Shown here: positions 18,721 to 27,559 of the stretch, in pieces
Layout: every line of letters starts with the position of its first letter
Position numbering within the stretch: position 1 is the first letter of the stretch
Source of the DNA: an uncultured Muribaculaceae bacterium
GTDB taxonomy: Bacteria; Bacteroidota; Bacteroidia; Bacteroidales; Muribaculaceae
Length of the DNA stretch: 64,000 nucleotides
NCBI GenBank assembly: GCA_910577315.1
Contig: CAJTME010000004.1
Coordinates: 105,732-169,731, forward strand
Direction of reading: 5' to 3'
The notes under the pieces: generated by a model
Told to the model about the DNA's origin: nothing
Database searches by the model: none
What the model saw: only the letters and a program-made list of their open reading frames with translations
Translations under genes and position numbers: made by a program

Positions 18721-21270
18721 TTAGCCGCACTTTGAAGTGCCGCAGTTGGTGCAGATTAGGCAGCCTTCCTGATATATGAGGGTTTCGTGGCCGCAGTTGG
18801 GACAGGTTTGGCCGGAAGCCTTGGTGCCGTTCGGCAGATATTTTTTCAATGCGCGTTCAACGCCCATTTTCCATGTGCTGATTGACTGCGAGTCAAGTTC
18901 GAGCGTACCGACAAGTTTCAGGACCTGATCGATTGGCATGCCGTAGCGGAGGACGCCCGAGATGAGTTTGGCGTAGTTCCAGTATTCGGGGTTGAATTTG
19001 TCGGACAGACCTTCGATTGTTGTCTTATATCCGCGTTTGTTCACGAACTGGAAGTCGTAGCGTTTGGTGCCGTCGGGGGCTATGGCCTTGATGATTTTGC
19101 CGTGTGATACTGATTTGGGACAGAAAATACCGTCTTCGTCATCGGCCAGACCTGTGAAGATTTCATACGGCTTGCCGTCCATAAGTCCGACGAAGGCAAT
19201 CCATTTTTCCTTATTGTTCTGGAAGCGCACCACATCGGCCTCAAGTTCAATCGGGCGCTTTGCCACATGGTGGGCAGGGAAGCCGTCGGCGGCAGGGGCA
19301 GGAGCTGTTTTTTTCTTCTTTTCCTCCATTGCTATGAGCACACCCGAGCGGGAACCGTCGCGGTAGACAGTGCAGCCTTTGCAGCCGGATTTCCATGCTT
19401 CGACATAAAGACGGTTTACCACTTCTTCCGTCACATCGGCCGGGAGGTTGATGGTGACAGATATGGAATGGTCGACCCATTTTTGTATGCGGCCCTGCAT
19501 GTGTACTTTCTCGAGCCAGTCGATGTCGTTCGCGGTGGCGCCGGCATAAGGGGAACGGGCAACCAAGGCGTCGATTTCTTCCTGAGTGTAGTTATCCTTG
19601 ACCTCAATGCCCTGGGTTTTCATCCAGTCGATGAATTTGGGGTGGTAAACGACGTATTCCTCAAATGCATCGCCGGTTTCATCGACATAGTCCACGCGCA
19701 CGTCGGGGTCGCCGGGGTTTACCTTGCGGCGGCGCTTGTACACAGGCATGAATACGGGTTCTATGCCCGATGTGGTGCGTGTCATCAGGGATGTTGTACC
19801 TGTCGGAGCGATTGTGAGGCAAGCGATGTTGCGGCGTCCATATTTGAGCATGTCGGCATACATATGCGGATCAGCTTCGGCAAGGCGCTGCATGAACGGA
19901 TTGTTTTTTTCGCGGGCGGCATCGAATACGGCGAAGGCTCCGCGGGTACGTGCCATGTCGACTGACGAGGTGTAGGCTGCCAGAGCGAGTGCGCGATGCA
20001 CTGTTTCTGAAAATTCTGTTGCTTCGGGGGTGCCGTAGCGGAATCCCATTGCGGCAAGCATGTCGCCCTCGGCTGTGGTGCCGACACCTGTGCGTCGTCC
20101 TTTGCCTGTTTTGTCCTTGATTTTGAGCCATAGGTTGCGTTCGGCCGATTTCACTTCCTCAGTTTCAGGATCTTCGTCGATTTTTTTGAGGATGAGGTCG
20201 ATTTTCTCCATCTCAAGGTCGATGATGTCGTCCATGATGCGCTGGGCCTTGCCGATATGCTCGCGGAACAGTTCGAAATCAAATTCCGCCTCGTTGGTGA
20301 ATGGATTCTTCACATAGCTGAACAGGTTGACGGCCAATAGACGGCATGAGTCGTAAGGACACAGGGGAATCTCGCCGCAAGGATTGGTGGAGATGGTGCG
20401 GAATCCGAGGTCGGCATAGCAGTCGGGCAACGATTCGCGGGTGATGGTATCCCAGAAAAGCACACCGGGTTCAGCCGATTTCCATGCGTTGTGGATAATT
20501 TTTGCCCACAATGCCTTCGCATCAATTTCCTTTACGGTTGCCGGGCTGTCGGAATCAACGGGGAACTGCTGACGGTAAGGTGTTCCACTTTCGGCCGCCT
20601 GCATGAATGCGTCGTCGATGCGCACCGAAACGTTTGCGCCCGTAACCTTTCCTTCGGTCATCTTGGCATCGATGAACGCTTCGGAATCGGGATGCTTGAT
20701 GGAGACTGTCATCATGAGGGCGCCGCGTCGTCCGTCCTGAGCGACTTCGCGGGTTGAGTTTGAGTAGCGCTCCATGAAAGGCACGAGGCCGGTGGAGGTG
20801 AGAGCTGAATTTTTGACGGGAGTGCCCTTGGGACGGATATGGGACAGGTCATGCCCCACCCCGCCACGGCGCTTCATCAGCTGAACCTGTTCCTCGTCGA
20901 TGCGGATTACACCTCCGTATGAATCGGGCGCGCCATCGAGACCGATTACGAAACAGTTTGACAGCGAGCCGACCTGAAAGTCATTGCCGATGCCGGTCAT
21001 GGGGCTGCCCTGGGGCACGATGTAGCGGAAATTCCGCATGAGGTCGAAAATCTCGTCGTGCGACATCGGTTCGGGATATTTGTTCTCGATGCGGGCAATT
21101 TCGGCGGCGATGCGGTGGTGCATGTCGTCGGGAGTTTTCTCATAGAGATGGCCGAACGAGTCTTTCAGTGCGTACTTGTTGGCCCATACGCGGGCGGCGA
21201 GCTCGTCGCCGTTAAAATACTCTTTGGATGCCTCGAAAGCTTCCTCAAAAGTGTAAGTCGGGTGTTCCAC
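18721..21270 (-). CDS. nrdJ: Adenosylcobalamin-dependent ribonucleotide reductase (class II)
   Basis: GTG start; SLSNCFV, RRGA, TNPCGE, TIAPTGTTS, SGIEP, KGCTVYRDGSR, C-terminal CxxC..CxxC. Confidence 0.95.
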   Translation of the reverse strand: MEHPTYTFEEAFEASKEYFNGDELAARVWANKYALKDSFGHLYEKTPDDMHHRIAAEIARIENKYPEPMSHDEIFDLMRNFRYIVPQGSPMTGIGNDFQVGSLSNCFVIGLDGAPDSYGGVIRIDEEQVQLMKRRGGVGHDLSHIRPKGTPVKNSALTSTGLVPFMERYSNSTREVAQDGRRGALMMTVSIKHPDSEAFIDAKMTEGKVTGANVSVRIDDAFMQAAESGTPYRQQFPVDSDSPATVKEIDAKALWAKIIHNAWKSAEPGVLFWDTITRESLPDCYADLGFRTISTNPCGEIPLCPYDSCRLLAVNLFSYVKNPFTNEAEFDFELFREHIGKAQRIMDDIIDLEMEKIDLILKKIDEDPETEEVKSAERNLWLKIKDKTGKGRRTGVGTTAEGDMLAAMGFRYGTPEATEFSETVHRALALAAYTSSVDMARTRGAFAVFDAAREKNNPFMQRLAEADPHMYADMLKYGRRNIACLTIAPTGTTSLMTRTTSGIEPVFMPVYKRRRKVNPGDPDVRVDYVDETGDAFEEYVVYHPKFIDWMKTQGIEVKDNYTQEEIDALVARSPYAGATANDIDWLEKVHMQGRIQKWVDHSISVTINLPADVTEEVVNRLYVEAWKSGCKGCTVYRDGSRSGVLIAMEEKKKKTAPAPAADGFPAHHVAKRPIELEADVVRFQNNKEKWIAFVGLMDGKPYEIFTGLADDEDGIFCPKSVSHGKIIKAIAPDGTKRYDFQFVNKRGYKTTIEGLSDKFNPEYWNYAKLISGVLRYGMPIDQVLKLVGTLELDSQSISTWKMGVERALKKYLPNGTKASGQTCPNCGHETLIYQEGCLICTNCGTSKCG

Positions 21271-21445
21271 AGTCGGTTAGATATGAAAATCGGGGGTATT
21301 AAAAGTCATTGGAACGATTCATCGGAATCGATTGCAAAGGTACGTCAAAAATAGTTCAGTAGCCAAATTTATCAAGCTCAAATTACCGGCGATGTTGAAA
21401 AGTTTTCCGAAATGTATTATCTTTGCGCTAACAAAATTTATAAAA

Positions 21446-22192
21446 ATGAAACACTCGGAATACTTCAATAAGCGCCACACCGTAAGAAAATATACTGACG
21501 GGCAGATCCCCGAAACCCTCCTTAAAGAAATGATTGAGGCGGCGGCCCATGCCCCCAACACCGGGAACATGCAGTGGTATAGCGTCGTTGTTACACGCGA
21601 TGCTGCCAACAAGCGACGTCTTGCGCCTGCCCACTTCAATCAACCGTCGGTGGAAGGTGCCTCGGCGGTACTGACATTTTGTCTTGATTTGAACCGCTTC
21701 GAGCAGTGGTGCCGTCTAAATTCCGCCAACCCAGGGTTTGAGAATTTCCAGTCTTTTGTCGCTGCGGTTATTGACACGAGCCTGTTCGCGCAGCAGTTCT
21801 GCACCATCGCCGAAATGAACGGTCTCGGGACCTGTTATCTCGGCACCACCACCTACAATGCCCCTGACATAGCCAAGGTGCTTGAACTGCCCGAGCGGGT
21901 TGTGCCTGTGACAACCGTCACCGTGGGGTATCCCGAAACGCAGGCCGGCCCAACCTGGCGTCTACCAGTTGAGGCTGTAATGCACGAGGAAACATACCGC
22001 CGTCCCACAGATGAGGACATACGCCGATGGTATGCCCCGCTCGAGCAGGAATCGCAGCACTTTGTCGAGGAAAACGCCAAACAGTCGCTCGCGCAGGTGT
22101 TTACTGACATCCGTTATCCGCGTGAATCGGCCGAGTATTTCTCAAAGGTCTATGCCGGATTGCTCGACGCCAACAAATTTCCCTTGAAATGA
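21446..22192 (+). CDS. Nitroreductase family (NADPH-dependent flavin oxidoreductase)
   Basis: RHTVRKY, APNTGNMQ, GLGTCYLG, VGYP, RLP. Confidence 0.92.
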   Translation: MKHSEYFNKRHTVRKYTDGQIPETLLKEMIEAAAHAPNTGNMQWYSVVVTRDAANKRRLAPAHFNQPSVEGASAVLTFCLDLNRFEQWCRLNSANPGFENFQSFVAAVIDTSLFAQQFCTIAEMNGLGTCYLGTTTYNAPDIAKVLELPERVVPVTTVTVGYPETQAGPTWRLPVEAVMHEETYRRPTDEDIRRWYAPLEQESQHFVEENAKQSLAQVFTDIRYPRESAEYFSKVYAGLLDANKFPLK

Positions 22193-23652
22193 GCCGACCT
22201 TCCCCTGCCAGACTGTTGATAGCTGCCGTGGCAATCATCAGTTTCTTTATTTTCATAGACACGCCATATACGGGCGATGATCTTGGATACAAGGCCATTT
22301 TTCAGGGAGCATCCCCGCGCTATGATTCGTGGTGGAGCTATCCACGGTGGGTGGTTTCGCACTGGCTGAATACCAACGGACGTATCCCCAACGACATAAT
22401 GCCTCTGCTTTTCAGCCTTCCCAAGGGATTGGTGGCGTTGGCATGCGCCGCCGTGCTCATGCTTATGTACCGCATGGCCCTCGCGCTGTCCATGCCCGGC
22501 AAAAAAGGTTTTTGGCCGGTTGCCTTGACAGCCGCGATTTTCTTTGTATTGCCGTGGTGGGACTCGATGTTCGTGTTTGCCTGCCAGCTGAACTATGTGT
22601 GGGCATCCGCCTTCAGTTTGCTTGCCGTATGGATTATTTTCTCAGTAAAGTCGGGGTCGCGCTGGTTCACGTTGGTGTCCGCCCTGGTGTGCGGTGCCGG
22701 CGCCATGATGCACGAGGCGGCCTCGCTGCCCCTTCTTGTGGGACTGAGCTTTTATATATTGTACGCGCGATGGCGTCCTGACAGGGTACAGAAGATTATG
22801 CTTATGGCATTTGCGGTTGGGACCGCGCTTGTTACCCTTTCCCCAGGCATCATAATGAGGGCGGGCGATAATGTCGCTGCCGATGATCTGCTGCCGGTTC
22901 TTTTGCTTAAAACCGACATTGTCGCAGCCGCATTATGGGTCGTTATCGTATGGAAATATTTCTCAAAAAAAGACCGGGAGAAAGTCGTGGCGCTAATGCG
23001 GTCACGGCTCGGCATTTTCGCCGTGGCGTCCCTCGCTTCGATGGTCATAAGCCTTGCTTCGGGAATTGTCGGGCGCAGCGGATGGTTTGCCGAGATGTAT
23101 GCGCTGATGGTAATTTTCGGATGGCTTTCCCGCCGGTGGCAAGCCAAAGTCCGTTGGGCCAGCCCGCTGCTCTGCTGCCTGGTTCTGGGCCAACTTGTCG
23201 GTGTGGCCATATGGCAACATCGCCTGTCAAATGAATTTGATGTGTTTATCGAGGATTATGTCGCATCGGATGACGGGTTGGTTTATCAAGACTATACGCG
23301 CGACGGACAGCTTCCCTGGTGGGCGCTCGGTCGCCTGCGCGGAGTTCTTGATCCTGATGATGCATGGTTGCTAAGCACTCATGCGGCATATTACCGGGAG
23401 GATGCTCCATGGCCTGTTGTCGTTCCCATTGAAGCCGCCGACCATATTCCGCTTGATAATGAGGAATACGAGCTCTTAAATGGCGATTTACTCACCCGCG
23501 AACTTCCGTATGAAACAGAAGATATACTCCTTGAACGCGAGCGCCAGACTATCAAACTATGTGAAATAGACGGACGGCAGTGGGTGGCGCAGGCCATTCC
23601 TGCCGGAGGCTGGCATCTTTCTCCCCGCCAGCTTGACCTTGGCGACAGATAA
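22189..23652 (+). CDS. Polytopic membrane protein (DUF6056-like)
   Basis: GDDLGY, NGRI, LNYVW, MMHE, LSPG; about 10 hydrophobic segments. Confidence 0.7.
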   Translation: MSRPSPARLLIAAVAIISFFIFIDTPYTGDDLGYKAIFQGASPRYDSWWSYPRWVVSHWLNTNGRIPNDIMPLLFSLPKGLVALACAAVLMLMYRMALALSMPGKKGFWPVALTAAIFFVLPWWDSMFVFACQLNYVWASAFSLLAVWIIFSVKSGSRWFTLVSALVCGAGAMMHEAASLPLLVGLSFYILYARWRPDRVQKIMLMAFAVGTALVTLSPGIIMRAGDNVAADDLLPVLLLKTDIVAAALWVVIVWKYFSKKDREKVVALMRSRLGIFAVASLASMVISLASGIVGRSGWFAEMYALMVIFGWLSRRWQAKVRWASPLLCCLVLGQLVGVAIWQHRLSNEFDVFIEDYVASDDGLVYQDYTRDGQLPWWALGRLRGVLDPDDAWLLSTHAAYYREDAPWPVVVPIEAADHIPLDNEEYELLNGDLLTRELPYETEDILLERERQTIKLCEIDGRQWVAQAIPAGGWHLSPRQLDLGDR

Positions 23653-23670
23653 CATTGTTCCCCTTACCAC

Positions 23671-23773
23671 AAATGGCGGAAGTCTGGTTCATCCCGAACT
23701 TCCGCCATTTCTATATATTAGATGGATATGTTTTGCAAAAAAAAATTCGCTCCGGGGTGGGCCGGAGCGAATT
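23671..23773. terminator. Two terminator hairpins between convergent genes
   Basis: AAATGGCGGAAGT/ACTTCCGCCATTT (23671-23710) and AATTCGCTCCGG/CCGGAGCGAATT (about 23744-23773) with an adjacent A-tract. Confidence 0.8.
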
Positions 23774-23836
23774 ATGAGGGGCGCGTCATCTCGACGAATA
23801 CCCTCTGGAGGGATTTTATTTGGGGGTTGATGTTGC

Positions 23837-24280
23837 TTATTCAGCTACCACCTCAAAGGGAAGTTCAACGGCCACTTCCTTGTGGAACTGGATGGTGGCG
23901 GTGTAATTGCCGACTTCCTTGATGGCTTCTTTGATGGTGATGAGTTTGCGGTCAACGTTGTGGCCGAGCTTTTCGAGGGCTTCGGCAATCTGGATGGCGT
24001 TGACAGAGCCGAAGATGGTGCCGGTAGCGGAAGTCTTGGCGCCGATGGTGAGTGCTACACCTTCGAGTGCTGCGGCTGCGGCTTCAGCGTCGGCCTTGAT
24101 CTGAGCGAGCTTGTGGGCGCGCTGGCGCTGGTTTTCGGCGAGAACCTTAAGAGCGGAGCTGGTAGCTACAACTGCTTTGCCCTGAGGGATGAGGTAGTTG
24201 CGGCCATAACCGTCTTTTACTTCTACGACGTCGTCCTTGTATCCAAGGCCGCGAACGTCTTCTTTAAGAATGATTTTCAT
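23837..24280 (-). CDS. rplI: 50S ribosomal protein L9
   Basis: MKIILKEDV..LG..VEVKDGYGRNYLIP, IFGSV. Confidence 0.98.
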   Translation of the reverse strand: MKIILKEDVRGLGYKDDVVEVKDGYGRNYLIPQGKAVVATSSALKVLAENQRQRAHKLAQIKADAEAAAAALEGVALTIGAKTSATGTIFGSVNAIQIAEALEKLGHNVDRKLITIKEAIKEVGNYTATIQFHKEVAVELPFEVVAE

Positions 24281-24303
24281 ATTTATGGTCCTGGTCTTAA
24301 GGG

Positions 24304-24573
24304 TTATTTCATGAGGTCGGTAACGTAGGGCAGAAGGGCGAGGTGACGGGCACGCTTAACGGCCTGAGCCACGCGACGCTGGAATTTCAGCGAGGTGCCG
24401 GTGATGCGGCGGGGAAGGATTTTGCCCTGTTCGTTGAGGAACTTCTTGAGGAACTCAGCGTCCTTGTAGTCAACGAACTTGATGCCTGCGCGTTTGAAGC
24501 GGCAGTATTTTTTCTTCTTCACGTCAACCGACATGGGAGTGAGATAGCGGATTTCAGATTGAGCTTGTGCCAT
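24304..24573 (-). CDS. rpsR: 30S ribosomal protein S18
   Basis: [33 protein letters not shown]. Confidence 0.98.
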   Translation of the reverse strand: MAQAQSEIRYLTPMSVDVKKKKYCRFKRAGIKFVDYKDAEFLKKFLNEQGKILPRRITGTSLKFQRRVAQAVKRARHLALLPYVTDLMK

Positions 24574-24576
24574 GGT

Positions 24577-24948
24577 TTAGTCCTCCTTTGCTTCTACGGG
24601 TTGGGTTGATTCGGCTGCTTTGGCAGCTTTGAGGCTGCGGCGCTTGGCGGCGTATTCGGCGGCGTACTTGTCCTGACGGAATGTGAGGAAGCGGAGCACG
24701 CGTTCGTCGCGGCGGAAAGCGGTTTCGAGCTGGCGAACGATGGTGGGTTCACCTTCAAACTCGATGAGAGTGTAGAAGCCGGTCGACTTCTTCTGGATGG
24801 GATAAGCGAGCTTGCGCATGCCCCATTCCTCGGTGTTCACGATGGTGGCACCCTTGTCGGTGAGCACCTTGCTGAACTTTTCTACCGCTTCCTTCATCTG
24901 TGCGTCAGACAAAACGGGAGTTAAAATGAAAACGGTTTCGTACTGCAT
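24577..24948 (-). CDS. rpsF: 30S ribosomal protein S6
   Basis: [28 protein letters not shown]. Confidence 0.98.
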   Translation of the reverse strand: MQYETVFILTPVLSDAQMKEAVEKFSKVLTDKGATIVNTEEWGMRKLAYPIQKKSTGFYTLIEFEGEPTIVRQLETAFRRDERVLRFLTFRQDKYAAEYAAKRRSLKAAKAAESTQPVEAKED

Positions 24949-25021
24949 TTTTTGAATGAGTTGGATAAATATTAATGTAACTTTTGTGGTTAATGAAAGC
25001 CGTAGCTCCACAAACCGGGCG

Positions 25022-25053
25022 CAAAGTTACTAATTTTCCGTGGAATATACAAA
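25022..25053 (-). promoter_or_regulatory. rpsF operon promoter
   Basis: Minus-strand TTTG-N20-TAACTTTG consensus. Confidence 0.8.
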
Positions 25054-25145
25054 CTTTTTATTAAGCGTGTTTTTGAAAAAATGATATTCGAGATTGCAAA
25101 TCCTGTAAATTCAATTCCAAACTAAAACAATAAACGTTAATGAAA

Positions 25146-25178
25146 CAGCCCGGCGAAAGAACCTCTCTCGTCGGGCTG
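25146..25178 (-). terminator. Terminator of the 25198-26040 gene
   Basis: CAGCCCGGCGA/TCGTCGGGCTG stem. Confidence 0.65.
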
Positions 25179-25197
25179 AATATTCTGTTCAAGTATT

Positions 25198-26040
25198 TTA
25201 TCGTAATGAGAATTTCGGCTGTGGGACAAATTCAATCCATTCCAAAAGCTCATCTTCTTCTGTTGCTGGCTCGTAAATATATTCTTCGCCACAACCATTT
25301 AATGTAATGCGCCTTGGCTCACTTGATACAAAAGACCAATATATACCTTCGTCTGAGAACGTACAAGCGTCGGGATTGAATTTAGATGCGTCTATTTCAG
25401 GCAAATTTTTCAAAAGTTCAAGGTTGTTTGGCGCTGAATAATGAGTGTATTCACCAGTATTCAAGTTCTTCATCATACGAATGTTTTGAAGAAAAACAGA
25501 ACCCTTGTCAGTATGGCGTAAGGATGCCGCGCGGATATAGGACATTCCGGGGGCAACCATATACATGAATGAATTATTGTTTGTGTCAATCATAACATGA
25601 CAATAATCTCCATCAAGCATGATTATCCTCGTGCCTAATTGCCATTGTTGCAGACAATCAGCGATATTGGAAGCGGATGCCTCCATTACCTTGTAAGGTT
25701 CTACAACGTTAATCGTTTCAATCAGTCGCATCAGCTCGCCATTTACTATAATTGACTTGCCGTCCACTTCAATATTCACCGGCTCACCCTCATTCATCAG
25801 AATTGTGTCAGGCGTAAACACAGTTGTGCGGTTGACATTGCGGCTTGGAATAATCAATGTCGCAGACTTGGTGTCTAGACTGTCATTTCGCGTGAAATAG
25901 ATTAGAACCGAGTCTGTCTGCACCAGTTCAGATTTAGCGTTGGCCCACACTCCTTTTGCGCCAGGGTTTAGATTAGGCGCAGCCAATGATGCCACCACTG
26001 CCGACAGCATCAACAATAACATTGTTATGGGTTTCTTCAT
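25198..26040 (-). CDS. Hypothetical secreted protein (AT-rich)
   Basis: 280 aa with signal peptide; no recognised motif. Confidence 0.7.
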   Translation of the reverse strand: MKKPITMLLLMLSAVVASLAAPNLNPGAKGVWANAKSELVQTDSVLIYFTRNDSLDTKSATLIIPSRNVNRTTVFTPDTILMNEGEPVNIEVDGKSIIVNGELMRLIETINVVEPYKVMEASASNIADCLQQWQLGTRIIMLDGDYCHVMIDTNNNSFMYMVAPGMSYIRAASLRHTDKGSVFLQNIRMMKNLNTGEYTHYSAPNNLELLKNLPEIDASKFNPDACTFSDEGIYWSFVSSEPRRITLNGCGEEYIYEPATEEDELLEWIEFVPQPKFSLR

Positions 26041-26082
26041 ACAATAATATCTTTTAATCAGTTAGCTTTAATTGGTAACTCC

Positions 26083-26226
26083 CTAAAAGTCAATTCCGAG
26101 TCGAAATGTAAAAAAAGCATCTGTGTAATATCCTATTCTCAAGTTCAGACCTAATTTCCGACCCCAATTAAATCTATGTCCGATTGTGGGAGAGAAATAT
26201 TTTTCCAAAACATTGTGGACTGGCAT
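26083..26226 (-). pseudogene. Remnant of an outer-membrane beta-barrel gene (C-terminal strands)
   Basis: Reads MPVHNVLEKYFSPTIGHRFNWGRKLGLNLRIGYYTDAFFTFRLGIDF*; amphipathic strands ending in terminal Phe; no signal peptide. Confidence 0.55.
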
Positions 26227-26456
26227 ACACCAATCCAATTACAAAGATATGAAATTTATTTGATTATGATGATGTACTATGGAATTAAATCCAAAAATAT
26301 CCCGAAAATTAATAGAGCAAACAAGCCTTAAAAAGACCAAGACAGATTGCTCTCAGTTGGGTCAATTCTCTATTAGTACATGTTTAGTACACTTTATAAG
26401 CTATAATATGGTGATTTTCAGTGAAATGAAATCATATCATCGAAACGCATGATATT

Positions 26457-27557
26457 TCAATGCAATATTATAAGCTGCCGTATTATTGTATCAGAGGTAA
26501 GCCAATGATGCGCGGGGATTCTAAGGTGGTCGTCAGATAGTTCGATGTGCCCTGCGCGAAGGGATGGCTCTGCATCGGCGATAATCTGTTTTTTATATTT
26601 GGATGGAATTTTGGATAGGTCAAGCCCATGTGATGTGCGCAGGGCCGTGACGATGTTGTCGTTCAGCCTGTCGATTGCATCTTCCTCGTCTATATCACAT
26701 GGATAAGGAAGGCGGTCGAGCCAGGAGGATATGCGGCTGTCGTCGATACGCCGCAGGGTGCCGTCAAATGAATGGGCCGACGGCCCGAGTCCGAGCCACC
26801 GGGAATCTGGGTTCCAGTATGCGGTGTTGTGACGCGACTGGAATCCCGGGCGGGCGAGATTTGAAATCTCATAGTGCTCAAATCCATGTTGGACGGCAAT
26901 TTGTTGGAGTGCGCTGAACTGGCCGTCGATTATGTCATCATCGACGGGTTCAGTTCTGCCCTGACGCCACATTTTATGGAGCCGTGTACCCTCATACCAT
27001 GACAGACAGTAGGCCGACAGGTGGGTGACGGGCATGGACAATACGCGGCGCAGGTCTTCTTTCCAGTCGTCGACGGACAATCCCGGCAGTCCGTAAATAA
27101 GGTCTACAGATACATTGGCTATCCCACCCTGACTGAGGAGATCGATTGCGGCAATTGCCTGATTTGCAGAGTGGCGCCTTCCTATGAAAGTCAATATAGG
27201 ATCCCGCAGACTTTGAACGCCCATGCTTATTCTGTTGACACCTAATGAGCGCCAGAAAGCTACAGACTCGGTAGTTACATCCTCGGGGTTTACCTCTATG
27301 GTAAATTCCTCCACTCCCGTCAGGTCGATAGTGTCTATAAGCCGGGAAAACAGATTGGCCGGTAGTACGGATGGAGTTCCCCCCCCAATATATACCGTCT
27401 GGAAGGGCGCTGCAATTTCGTCGCGGCGGTAGCCATATTCGGCAATGATGCCTTCCACCACCCGTTCCATGGCGCCCATGGCCGGAGTGGAGTAGAAGTC
27501 GCAGTAAATGCACTTCGACCGGCAGAATGGAATGTGGATATACAGACCTGTATTCAT
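26457..27557 (-). CDS. hemW: Radical SAM heme chaperone HemW
   Basis: LYIHIPFCRSKCIYCDF, YIGGGTPS, DLIYGLP, HYEISN, SRHNTAYW. Confidence 0.93.
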   Translation of the reverse strand: MNTGLYIHIPFCRSKCIYCDFYSTPAMGAMERVVEGIIAEYGYRRDEIAAPFQTVYIGGGTPSVLPANLFSRLIDTIDLTGVEEFTIEVNPEDVTTESVAFWRSLGVNRISMGVQSLRDPILTFIGRRHSANQAIAAIDLLSQGGIANVSVDLIYGLPGLSVDDWKEDLRRVLSMPVTHLSAYCLSWYEGTRLHKMWRQGRTEPVDDDIIDGQFSALQQIAVQHGFEHYEISNLARPGFQSRHNTAYWNPDSRWLGLGPSAHSFDGTLRRIDDSRISSWLDRLPYPCDIDEEDAIDRLNDNIVTALRTSHGLDLSKIPSKYKKQIIADAEPSLRAGHIELSDDHLRIPAHHWLTSDTIIRQLIILH

Positions 27558-27559
27558 AA

